Source: Candidatus Gastranaerophilales bacterium
Lineage (GTDB): Bacteria > Cyanobacteriota > Vampirovibrionia > Gastranaerophilales > Gastranaerophilaceae
Length of the DNA stretch: 64,000 bases
Direction of reading: 5' to 3'
Assembly (NCBI GenBank): GCA_944326585.1
Contig: CALVEN010000007.1
Location: 282 to 64,281 of the forward strand
Shown here: one piece after another, positions 9,280-18,108 of the stretch
How positions within the stretch are numbered: the stretch's first letter is position 1
Layout: each line of letters opens with the position of its first letter
Position numbers and translations under genes: made by a program
The notes under the pieces: generated by a model
Told to the model about the DNA's origin: nothing
Seen by the model: only the letters and a program-made list of their open reading frames with translations
The model's database searches: none

Positions 9280-10530
9280 ATGACAAAAAGAAGAGTAGTA
9301 ATCACAGGGCTGGGAGCAGTTTCGCCGTTTGGTGTCGGCGTTGATAAGTTATGGAACAGTCTTGTTGAAGGAAAAAGCGGAATAAGTACTTCCGAATCCA
9401 TTGATATATCAAAACACGTTGTAAAAATTTCCGGTGAAGTCAAAGACTTTGACCCTGAACAGTATTTGGATCCCAAAGAATCCAAAAGAATGGACAGATT
9501 TATTCAATTTGCAATGGTAGCGGCTGATGAGGCTATTGCTGATGCAAAATTGGAAGAAGTACATGACGTAGATCCTTATAGAATAGGTGTTATGGTAAGT
9601 TCTGCCGCCGGCGGTTTCAGAACTTTTGAAGAAAACCACAAACGTATTTTGGAAAAAGGACCGAACAAATGTTCACCGTTTACTATTCCGATGATGATTG
9701 TAAACATGCCCTCAGGCAGAATTTCCATAAAATACGGTTACAAAGGCGTAAACAAAGTTGTGGTTTCCGCATGTGCAACAGGTACCCACACAATCGGCGA
9801 TGCGTTCAGAACAATCCAATACGGCGACGCTGATATAGTAATTGCAGGCGGTACGGAAGCAACGATTTGTGATGTCGGTATCGGTGCATTTGCAAGTGCA
9901 AGAACACTTTCACACAGAAACGACGAGCCTGAAAAAGCTTCACGTCCGTTTGACAAAGACAGAGACGGATTTGTAATGTCAGAAGGTGCAGGCGTTTTAG
10001 TTCTGGAAGAATATGAGCATGCCAAAAAACGCGGTGCAAAAATTTACGCTGAAATCGTTGGTTACGGTCAGACAGCTGACGCTTATGACGTTGTTGCCCC
10101 GTGCCCTGACGGTAAAGGTGCAACTAAATCAATGGAATTTGCATTGCAGGATGCAGGTTTAAAAACCGGCGATATCCAGTATATCAACGCACACGGTACA
10201 AGCACCGGGCTTGGCGATGTTGCTGAATCTAATGCAATAGAAAGATTATTCGGCGACAAGCAGCAAAATCCCAACCTCCGCGTAAGTTCAACCAAATCAA
10301 TGCACGGGCATGTTTTGGGTGCAACGGGTGCTATTGAGGCTATTGCCTGCATAAAAACAATTAATGAAAACATTGTTCCTCCGACAATTAACCTTGATAA
10401 TCAGGACGAAAACGTCGGTAATTTGAATTATGTTCCTCATAAAGCCCAAAAAGCTGAGGTGCATGCCGCCCTTTCAAATTCTTTCGGATTTGGCGGGCAA
10501 AACGCTTCTTTGATATTTAAAGAAGTTTAG
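9280..10530 (+). CDS. fabF: 3-oxoacyl-ACP synthase II
   Basis: Motifs VVITGLGAVSP, SACATG, NAHGTST, GHVLGATG, NSFGFGGQN. Confidence 0.92.
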   Translation: MTKRRVVITGLGAVSPFGVGVDKLWNSLVEGKSGISTSESIDISKHVVKISGEVKDFDPEQYLDPKESKRMDRFIQFAMVAADEAIADAKLEEVHDVDPYRIGVMVSSAAGGFRTFEENHKRILEKGPNKCSPFTIPMMIVNMPSGRISIKYGYKGVNKVVVSACATGTHTIGDAFRTIQYGDADIVIAGGTEATICDVGIGAFASARTLSHRNDEPEKASRPFDKDRDGFVMSEGAGVLVLEEYEHAKKRGAKIYAEIVGYGQTADAYDVVAPCPDGKGATKSMEFALQDAGLKTGDIQYINAHGTSTGLGDVAESNAIERLFGDKQQNPNLRVSSTKSMHGHVLGATGAIEAIACIKTINENIVPPTINLDNQDENVGNLNYVPHKAQKAEVHAALSNSFGFGGQNASLIFKEV

Positions 10531-10536
10531 AATTTT

Positions 10537-10563
10537 AAAAAGCCCTCATTATGAGGGCTTTTT
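10537..10563 (+). terminator. Rho-independent terminator after fabF
   Basis: AAAAGCCCTCATTATGAGGGCTTTT hairpin with a T-run. Confidence 0.85.
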
Positions 10564-10576
10564 AAGGAGTTTAGTT

Positions 10577-11449
10577 ATGAAAAAGATTTTAATTTGTCTG
10601 TTTTTTTTGTTAATGTCATCTGCGTCTGTTTTTGCAATAGAAAGTTCTTCCGTTACCCCTGCTGATAAACTTTTACAAGATTCAGAAAATTTGCAATCCG
10701 ATTCTAATAAAGAAAAGGAAACAAATTTTGATGAAGTAAATTTTGATTTGTATATGGATACTTTACAAAAAAAAATAAAAAAAAATTGGAAACCTTTTCA
10801 TATAAATAAATCTGCAACGGCAGTAATTTCTTTTAGAATTGCAAAAGATGGTTCAATGAGTTATTGTAATGTCTTTAAGTCTTCAGGAATAGATTCTTTT
10901 GATGATATTGCGCTCAGAGCTGTTCATTTTTCTGCACCTTTTAATCCATTACCTGAAAAATATAATGGTGATTTCGTTAATATAGAATTTAAATTTGAGT
11001 ATAATGTGTATGGTTCAAAGGCAAAGATAAATAGGTATTCAATTTCAGAACACAAACACAATTTTGTAAATTATTCTATAGCAGAAAGTTCACCATCTAA
11101 ATTAATAGAAAGAAATTTACAATCGCGGGAATGTAAAAGAGTTTTTAAAAATTATATGAAAGACGTTAGCACAATTATTAGTTCTATGACATTTTCTTTG
11201 TATAAGCCATCAATAGTAAGAATTAAATTTTTTATTCAAAAGGATGGGACAGTAACCGGTCCTAAAATAAGTGCTTCCAATGGTAATAAGTTATTTAATA
11301 ATGAGGTTTTGGGGCAAATCAAAAATTTGCAATTTAATCCTATACCATCAGAGCTTAATTTAGAAAGTATTCCGGTTGAATATCAGTTTAATAATTATAT
11401 TATACCAAAACCTAAAACTATGGCAGACTATATATTACCAATACTGTAG
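10577..11449 (+). CDS. Secreted protein with two TonB-C-terminal-like domains
   Basis: N-terminal signal peptide (KKILICLFFLLMSSASVFA). Two ~80-aa segments resemble the TonB C-terminal fold (...ISFRIAKDGSMSYCNVFKSSG... and ...KFFIQKDGTVTGPKISASNG...). Confidence 0.5.
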   Translation: MKKILICLFFLLMSSASVFAIESSSVTPADKLLQDSENLQSDSNKEKETNFDEVNFDLYMDTLQKKIKKNWKPFHINKSATAVISFRIAKDGSMSYCNVFKSSGIDSFDDIALRAVHFSAPFNPLPEKYNGDFVNIEFKFEYNVYGSKAKINRYSISEHKHNFVNYSIAESSPSKLIERNLQSRECKRVFKNYMKDVSTIISSMTFSLYKPSIVRIKFFIQKDGTVTGPKISASNGNKLFNNEVLGQIKNLQFNPIPSELNLESIPVEYQFNNYIIPKPKTMADYILPIL

Positions 11450-11457
11450 TCTATAAG

Positions 11458-14400
11458 CTATTGATCAATCAAAACTCTGTCGAGGCAGACTTTTGGCGAG
11501 TATTTCCATTCGCGGTAGGTTATACGTTTGACCTTAAACCCGCAGCGTTCAAGGATTGCCTGTTTTTTCATATTGGAAACGGTTTGTTTTACGTTGTCTT
11601 CAACCCCGTCGATTTCCACAATGAATTTTTTATCCACCAATAAGTCAGCTTTCAAGCCTGCAATTTCGCTTCCCGCAAGAACTTCATGTCCGAGTTCGCG
11701 CATTTCAGATGCTATTTCGCGTTCAAGATTGTTTTTGTATTCGTTTTCGTCGATTTGCAAGTTTTCAAGCGCTGCTTGTTTATTCTGGTATTCTTTTATG
11801 TATGAAATATAGTTTCTGAAATGACCTTCCGGAAGGTTTGTTATGTCGCGCGAAACAAAGTTTACAACCTTGTATCTAGCACGGGTAATCGCAACGTTAA
11901 AGAGGTTCGGTTTTTGTAAAAATGTTGCGCTTTGTGCGTGGCTGTTGTTTGCAAAAGCCCATGACATAAGGATTATATCGCGTTCATCTCCCTGGAATGT
12001 ATGAGCTGTACCGATTTCTACCTGATGTTTTCTGAGCATATGATCTGACAGAACTTTTGAAACAGAGGTTTTCAACTGTTCCACCTGCGCTCTGAACGGT
12101 GAAATTATGCCGATAGATACAGGGTTATCGGGGTTTTTGCGTTCATCTTCTATAATTATTTCGTGTAACTTTTTGATTACGGCTTCGACTTCGGGAAGGT
12201 TGCGTGTTGCGTCATAATCAACTTTGCCTTCCGGCACTTCGACAAGTTCAAGAACCTTTTGACCGCCAAAGTCTTTTCTCATAACCCTTATTCTGTCGCC
12301 GTAAAATTCATGGTTTGAAAATTCTATAATCGGCGGCAGGCTTCTGAAATGTTCGTCAAGCATTACGGAATTCATTGAATAGTAATCCGCAAGGTCGAAC
12401 ATGGAATTTGTTCTGAAACGCCACATTAACTGATATTTGTCAGGAATTCCGTATTGATTTAAGAAAGACTGTTCTTTTGCTTTTTCTAAGAATGACAAAT
12501 GCGGTAATTGTTTGTCGTCGCCCACGATTACTGCGCGTTTTGCGCGGAACATTATCGGGAAGCAGCTTGCAATATCGCATTGTGACGCTTCATCAATAAT
12601 TGCAACGTCAAACATTCCGGGTTTCATAGGCAATGACCCTGAAACCGCATAAGTTGTTACGCACCAGCAGGGGAATGCCTCCAGAAGCGGTCTGAAATCT
12701 TCTTCTTCCAAAATGCGGTTTTGGAGATTTTTTTTGCGTTCAACAAGTGATTTTGCGTGAACTTTTAATCTCTGGCATTTTATCTGGTCGCGCAAAAGCC
12801 CTTTCAAAGCTTCGCGGCGTTTGTTTTTCAAGATATTTACCGCAAGATTTTTTTGTTTTTTCTTCATCTGGCGGATTTGTTCCATAAGCACATGGAGGTT
12901 GCCTGTTTTTTGAATATCAGCTTCAATTTTTCTTAAATTACAGTTCATAAGCGCAACTTCAAGCTCTGCGCTCAGTCTTGAAAGATTTTCATAATTTACG
13001 TCGAATTCGTTCAGTTTGAGAATTTTTTTAAGGTGTCTAAGGCTTGTAAAATTCGCGATATTGGCGAAAAATCCAGCTTTCTCCATATTGTTATGCAAAA
13101 TTTTTATGATTCCTGACACCATATCAATTTCGCTTTTTTTGAGCTGGGTTGTTATGAATTGCATTTGACCGATTGATTTTTCGTGTTCTGTTGTTTCTAA
13201 AGACAGGTCATGCCATTCACGTTCAAGCTTTATAATTTGTTCGCATTTTTTTTCTGTCTGGTTAAGCAAATTCAAATGCTCTTTCATATCTTTTGTGTCG
13301 ACAAGGAGGCTGTCTTCATAGTCGCTGTCAATGTCAACCTTGCCTGACAACAAGTCCTGCAGTTGGTAGCTCAATTGTTTTTGATAATTCAAACGCCCTG
13401 CACGCAGAGCCAAAAACGGCGCGCCGAGTTCATTCAAGCGTTCCGCAACAACGTCGACGGCTTTGTCCATGCGGGAAGCCACAAGAACTGTTTTTCCGTT
13501 TGCAATTAAGTGTGCGACAAGGTTTACGATTGTCTGAGATTTCCCTGTTCCCGGAGGACCTTGTACGGCTATGAATTTGCTGTTATCAATATTTTTGATA
13601 ACTTTTTCCTGTGAATCGCTTAATGATAAAGGAGTTATCGGGTAGAAATCAGTAATTTCATTCAAATCTTTTATCGGAACGGATTTTTCTTTTGCATGAA
13701 CATATTCATCATTAATTATGCTCAAAGCTGTTTCACGGTAAATTCCGCTCGGTTTTTCCGCAATCTGGGTTAATTCGTGCAGCACACCTGCGGTGACTGA
13801 CGGACGTTTTGTCAAAATTATTGCGCTTTGATAGGTTACAACAACTTTATCAACTTTTATTGAGGATTTTTGCGCTGTTTCGCGTTCTTCTTCTTCAATT
13901 AATTCGTCAATATTTTCCGAATCTATTTTTTCTTTGTAAAAATCTTTTGCTTCATCTTTGGAAATATTATCTTCTGTTTCGTTGTCATTTGAGGTTTGGC
14001 TGATTTCAATTTCAGGAACAACTGACTGTAAGGTTGTCAGAAATATGTCTAACTTTTCCTGTGTAATAGGCAAATCCGGCACTACATCCAGAATGCCTTC
14101 CAAAAGCAGGTCGACTTCATCTTCGTCATCGTTTTTTTTCATTAAAGCTGCAAGTGCGCCTGTATTCAGAGAAAGCATTTCATCCTGCGGTATACAGTTT
14201 ATGTTTACCCCGTTTCTTTCAAGCCGGCATGGGACATACAAAAGCGGAGTCAAAAATTCGTTTTGTTTTTTGGATTTGTTGTTTTTGCCAACAAGAAAAA
14301 GATAACCGTAAATCAGGTATTTGTCTTTTGTGCTTAATTCACTTTGAATCATGAGTTCCGTCAGCTTGCTGTCGGAACCGTCAAGTTTAAGATATTCTTC

Positions 14401-14586
14401 GCCGGTTGTGAATAATTGCTCTTCTCCGGGAAGAAAAATCCATTTGTTATCTTTATCTGCCTTAAGGTTGCGGAAAGTGGAACTTTTAACCTCTTCTCTT
14501 ACGCAATCGTGAAGATACTGGCTTAATTTTTTGATAAAACTGTTATTGAATGCCGAATTGATGGCTTTTGTTGCTTCTTGTAACAT
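11458..14586 (-). CDS. SF1 (DNA2/Upf1-like) helicase fused to a C-terminal DUF559/Vsr-like endonuclease domain
   Basis: Walker A GPPGTGKSQT. Other motifs VIVGDDKQLPH, HFRSLPPIIEFSN, TAHTFQGDERDII, NVAITRARYK. C-terminal ~100 aa (ADLLVDKKFIVEIDG...ERCGFKVKRITYREW) resembles a DUF559 restriction-endonuclease-like fold. Confidence 0.8.
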   Translation of the reverse strand: MLQEATKAINSAFNNSFIKKLSQYLHDCVREEVKSSTFRNLKADKDNKWIFLPGEEQLFTTGEEYLKLDGSDSKLTELMIQSELSTKDKYLIYGYLFLVGKNNKSKKQNEFLTPLLYVPCRLERNGVNINCIPQDEMLSLNTGALAALMKKNDDEDEVDLLLEGILDVVPDLPITQEKLDIFLTTLQSVVPEIEISQTSNDNETEDNISKDEAKDFYKEKIDSENIDELIEEEERETAQKSSIKVDKVVVTYQSAIILTKRPSVTAGVLHELTQIAEKPSGIYRETALSIINDEYVHAKEKSVPIKDLNEITDFYPITPLSLSDSQEKVIKNIDNSKFIAVQGPPGTGKSQTIVNLVAHLIANGKTVLVASRMDKAVDVVAERLNELGAPFLALRAGRLNYQKQLSYQLQDLLSGKVDIDSDYEDSLLVDTKDMKEHLNLLNQTEKKCEQIIKLEREWHDLSLETTEHEKSIGQMQFITTQLKKSEIDMVSGIIKILHNNMEKAGFFANIANFTSLRHLKKILKLNEFDVNYENLSRLSAELEVALMNCNLRKIEADIQKTGNLHVLMEQIRQMKKKQKNLAVNILKNKRREALKGLLRDQIKCQRLKVHAKSLVERKKNLQNRILEEEDFRPLLEAFPCWCVTTYAVSGSLPMKPGMFDVAIIDEASQCDIASCFPIMFRAKRAVIVGDDKQLPHLSFLEKAKEQSFLNQYGIPDKYQLMWRFRTNSMFDLADYYSMNSVMLDEHFRSLPPIIEFSNHEFYGDRIRVMRKDFGGQKVLELVEVPEGKVDYDATRNLPEVEAVIKKLHEIIIEDERKNPDNPVSIGIISPFRAQVEQLKTSVSKVLSDHMLRKHQVEIGTAHTFQGDERDIILMSWAFANNSHAQSATFLQKPNLFNVAITRARYKVVNFVSRDITNLPEGHFRNYISYIKEYQNKQAALENLQIDENEYKNNLEREIASEMRELGHEVLAGSEIAGLKADLLVDKKFIVEIDGVEDNVKQTVSNMKKQAILERCGFKVKRITYREWKYSPKVCLDRVLIDQ

Positions 14587-14634
14587 ACTTTCTCCTGCTT
14601 GTTTATTATATCATTTTACGCTAAAATATGGAAG

Positions 14635-15723
14635 ATGGACATCATCAGAATAAATGATAATTCAGATAAATTGTATTATATCGGGGGCATTGTCCGCGAT
14701 AAACTTCTCGGCGTCCAAAGTTTGGATGTTGATATTACGTATGTCGGCAATGCTATTGAATACTGCTCAAAATTCGGCGAAGTTATTCAGGAAAATCCTG
14801 ATTTCGGTACGGTACGTGTAAATGTCGGCGGGCGTGCAGTTGATTTTGCGTCCACCCGTGCGGAAGTTTATGAAAAAAAAGGACATTTGCCGGTCGTAAC
14901 TAAAATAGGTTGTTCTTTAAAAGAAGATGTTTTGCGGCGCGATTTTACCGTGAATGCGCTTGCAATGAGTGTTTCTACGGGTGAAATCGTGGATTATGCG
15001 GGCGGGCGTGAGGATTTGAAAAATAAACTTCTCAGGGTTTTGCATGATGAAAGTTTTATTGATGATCCGACAAGAATTATCCGTGCTTTGAAATTTCGCG
15101 TGCGGTTCGGGTTTGAATTGGAAGAACATACAAGACGCCTTCAAGAGGACTATCTGGCGCATATAAATTATGATATGTCTTATAAGCGCGTTAAAAAAGA
15201 ACTTATTGAAACTTTTAATCTTAATTCACAGCGTGCGTTTGAGATTTTTGTGAATGAAGGAATTTATAAGCTTGTTTCGCCTGAAAATTTTGAACTGCCA
15301 AAGATTAATATTGAAGAGCTTATAAAAAAATATCCGGTACAAAATATTTGGCTTGTTTACATAGGGCTTTTGCCGGATTTGTCACGGCTTGAGTTTACAA
15401 AAGAAGAAAGAAAAATTATTGAAGATGCTCGTACAATCGGTGACTTGAAAAATGATTTTGAAATTTATAAGGCTTTTGACGGACTTGCTTCGGAAAGTAT
15501 TTTGCTTTACGGAATTTTAAAGGATATGAGGGCTGTTGTAAGGTATCTTGATACGCTCGCTAATATAAAAATTTCTATAACCGGTGAAGATTTAAAACGT
15601 CTGGGAATTGCACCGTCACCCGAATATCAGAAAATTTTTGATTTTGTTTTGAAAGCAAAACTTGAAAATCCTAAAATTACTTTTGAAGATGAAATTCAGC
15701 TTGCCAAAAATTTTAAAAATTGA
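14635..15723 (+). CDS. cca: tRNA nucleotidyltransferase / poly(A) polymerase family (CCA-adding enzyme)
   Basis: Motifs GGIVRDKLLG, DVDI, RRDFTVNALA. ATG 14635 preferred over the track's TTG 14599. Confidence 0.8.
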   Translation: MDIIRINDNSDKLYYIGGIVRDKLLGVQSLDVDITYVGNAIEYCSKFGEVIQENPDFGTVRVNVGGRAVDFASTRAEVYEKKGHLPVVTKIGCSLKEDVLRRDFTVNALAMSVSTGEIVDYAGGREDLKNKLLRVLHDESFIDDPTRIIRALKFRVRFGFELEEHTRRLQEDYLAHINYDMSYKRVKKELIETFNLNSQRAFEIFVNEGIYKLVSPENFELPKINIEELIKKYPVQNIWLVYIGLLPDLSRLEFTKEERKIIEDARTIGDLKNDFEIYKAFDGLASESILLYGILKDMRAVVRYLDTLANIKISITGEDLKRLGIAPSPEYQKIFDFVLKAKLENPKITFEDEIQLAKNFKN

Positions 15724-15792
15724 TATAATAAATTCAAAAGGAGAATGATAGATATGACTAGTTTGAATAACGGGGGGGGGCGACTCTCCTAA
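15721..15792 (+). promoter_or_regulatory. Pilin-family expression cassette 1: extended -10, SD, ATG, poly-G, premature stop
   Basis: TGATATAAT 15721-15729; AAGGAGA 15738-15744; ATG 15745 and 15754 (in frame); G9 15772-15780; TAA 15790-15792. Short frame encodes M(ID)MTSLNNGGGRLS*. Confidence 0.7.
15772..15780 (+). repeat. G9 homopolymer (candidate slipped-strand tract)
   Basis: Nine consecutive G in an AT-rich context, at the same relative position as the tracts at 38022, 43499, 51035 and 60113. Confidence 0.95.
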
Positions 15793-15926
15793 GTAGACAG
15801 GACAAGGGTTTCGGCGGTATTGGTTTAGTAAAGTTACTAAGATACTATGGCACTAAGGCACTAAGAAGTAACATTCGTCATGGTAAGGCGGATCAATATA
15901 GTTGTATTCGCAGGGAACCTGTCATC

Positions 15927-17087
15927 TTGAACTGCCTGAGGCACGACAACATACTGGGCATTGGTCAACCTATAAACGTCATCCCGCATTTATTGCGGGA
16001 TCTCAATAAAAATATCAAGAGATTCTTCGCTGGCGCTCAGAATGACAAAACCGTGAGAAATGTAGGTCGCCTTTACTATGCCGACAGAAAAATTAACAGT
16101 CGGGTTAGTAAACCCGACCTACAAGTGACTATGGCTCAGAATGACATAAATACCTTCCCTCGCCCTACGGGAGAGGAATTAAGGGAGAGGGGGCTATCAG
16201 CTTATGATGAGATTTTGAAACGAGTTCAGGATGACAGAGTAGTGAGCGGAGCTCACAGTAAAGAACTTAACGTCCTAACGTCTTATCGTCTTAACGGCTT
16301 TAAAAAGAAAGCCGGTGCTACGCACGTAGACATGTCAGGCAACATTCGTTGTGCTGCGTTTACCCTCGCCGAGGTGCTTATCACCCTTGCCATAATCGGT
16401 ATTGTAGCAGCTTTGACTATTCCGACTCTTATAACGAATTATCAGAAAAAACAGACTGCATCAAAATTAAAACAAACATATTCAATAATCTCTCAGGCGC
16501 TTACAATGGCTCAAGCAGAGCATGGCGACACCACAACGTGGGAAGTTGCAGGAATTTACGATACTCCTACGAATGATACTAATTTTAATCATGAAGATGC
16601 AATAACGAAATTTACTACAAAATATTTTATGCCATATGTAAAGGTGGCAAAAGATTACGGGTACACGCAATATTCAAAGATAGGTTATGATGGTGACTAT
16701 CTTCCCGCCACAGGTCTTATTTCAAACAGTCGCAGTGCTTATGGGTATATACTGCTTTTATCCGGTAATGTTTTAATTAGAATTGGAATCGGAACCGGGT
16801 GTCTGAATAACGAGATAAATCCGGACGGTACTTGTGTTACTCGAACATACAAGAATATAGTATTCAAAGTGGATATAAACGGTTTTGACAAACCTAATGT
16901 GATTGGCAAAGATGTTTTTAATATGACGTTTGATTTACGCAAAAAAGTTTTCGGATTTCATAATTACGGTATAAGTACAAGACAGCGGTATTTGGATAAC
17001 TGTAAAAGTGATGAAGATGCACAAGTCTGCGGGTATCTGATATTTTTAGACGGATGGGAAATCAAAGATGATTATCCGTGGTTTTAG
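15927..17087 (+). CDS. Prepilin-type N-terminal cleavage/methylation-domain protein (pilin/pseudopilin-like), paralog 15
   Basis: AAFTLAEVLITLAIIGIVAALTIPT class III signal/hydrophobic helix at residues ~145-170 of the track ORF. C-terminal VDINGFDKPNVIGKDVF motif shared with paralogs. The frame stays open upstream to the G9 tract. Internal ATG 16332 gives a conventional MSGNIRCAA|FTLAE leader. Confidence 0.85.
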   Translation: MNCLRHDNILGIGQPINVIPHLLRDLNKNIKRFFAGAQNDKTVRNVGRLYYADRKINSRVSKPDLQVTMAQNDINTFPRPTGEELRERGLSAYDEILKRVQDDRVVSGAHSKELNVLTSYRLNGFKKKAGATHVDMSGNIRCAAFTLAEVLITLAIIGIVAALTIPTLITNYQKKQTASKLKQTYSIISQALTMAQAEHGDTTTWEVAGIYDTPTNDTNFNHEDAITKFTTKYFMPYVKVAKDYGYTQYSKIGYDGDYLPATGLISNSRSAYGYILLLSGNVLIRIGIGTGCLNNEINPDGTCVTRTYKNIVFKVDINGFDKPNVIGKDVFNMTFDLRKKVFGFHNYGISTRQRYLDNCKSDEDAQVCGYLIFLDGWEIKDDYPWF

Positions 17088-18048
17088 TTAAATATTTTGC
17101 TTTTAATTTCATTATTCTTTCAAAGGACTTTTCAATATTTTCGGAAAGTTCTTTGTCTTTAGAGGCTTTTTCGGCGACAAGTTCAATTGCGTTAATTGTT
17201 TCGGGTGCGGAATTTCTGTAGATAAACATATTTAATCCTGCCCGTATGCCCGTTTCTATTGCCTCAACTGTTCCGAATTTTGCAACTCCTTTCATCACCA
17301 TATCGTCAGAAATTGTAACCCCTTCAAATTCGAGTTTTTGTCTCAGGTAATCCAGAGCGTTTTTGCTCAGGCTTGCAGGAATTTTATTTTTTTCAAAGCA
17401 CGTGCAATGAAGGTGCGCTATCATTATCATTTCAATATTTTTTGCGCAGGCTTTGAAAGGTTTAATATGTGTTTTTTCCATTTCTTCAAGCGATAAGTTG
17501 ATTTCAGGTAATGTCAGGTGGCTGTCGGCGTTTGCATCTCCGTGTCCGGGGAAGTGTTTTGCGCAAGGTATTATTCCCATTTTCCGGTAAGCTTCGGATA
17601 CAATTTTTTCGGCCTTTATTACATCATCAGGATTTGAAGAAAACGCGCGTTCCCCTATTATAGGGTTATCAGGGTTTGTGTTTACGTCAATGCAGGGTGC
17701 AAAATTCAAATTTATTCCGTAATTTTTTAATTCTTTTGCGATTTTATAAGTTTGGTTCTCCAGAAAATTCAGCCCTTTTTCATAGGCGTATCCTGCAGAC
17801 AGATATTTTTTTCCGTTATGAATATTTTCAGTTCTTTCTACTCTTCCGCCTTCTTGATCAATCGACAGAAATGGCGGAGTTGTTGCTAATGACCGGCACT
17901 TTTGAATCATGGTTTTGAATTGTTCTTCGTTTTGAATATCCGGCGTAAAAAATATTATGCCGCCTAAATTGTTTTCAAGAGCCTTTTCATATCCGCCGCC
18001 TGAAGTTCCGAGTATAAACATCTGGTAAAGTTTTGAACGTATATCCAT
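17062..18048 (-). CDS. nagZ: Beta-N-acetylhexosaminidase (GH3)
   Basis: Motifs LSIDQEGGRVER and KHFPGHGDANADSHL. Confidence 0.85.
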   Translation of the reverse strand: MDIRSKLYQMFILGTSGGGYEKALENNLGGIIFFTPDIQNEEQFKTMIQKCRSLATTPPFLSIDQEGGRVERTENIHNGKKYLSAGYAYEKGLNFLENQTYKIAKELKNYGINLNFAPCIDVNTNPDNPIIGERAFSSNPDDVIKAEKIVSEAYRKMGIIPCAKHFPGHGDANADSHLTLPEINLSLEEMEKTHIKPFKACAKNIEMIMIAHLHCTCFEKNKIPASLSKNALDYLRQKLEFEGVTISDDMVMKGVAKFGTVEAIETGIRAGLNMFIYRNSAPETINAIELVAEKASKDKELSENIEKSFERIMKLKAKYLTKTTDNHL

Positions 18049-18108
18049 ACAAATTATTTTATCATATATTTTATATTAGAACTCAAATTTTTGTTGTATA
18101 TTATTGTT

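Noticed and set aside
9738-10373. Minus-strand ORFs (95, 105 and 96 aa) inside fabF
   Set aside because: Antisense shadows of a highly conserved gene. No SD and no recognisable motifs.
15927-16331. Treating the track's start codons (TTG 15927, ATG 38240, ATG 51211, TTG 59948) as the true starts of the pilin-like genes
   Set aside because: None has an SD, and they fall at arbitrary points inside repeat modules. The frame is open well upstream of each, to the poly-G tract. The plausible starts are the cassette ATGs (which need +1 G) or, for two paralogs, the internal MS[GD]NIR ATG.
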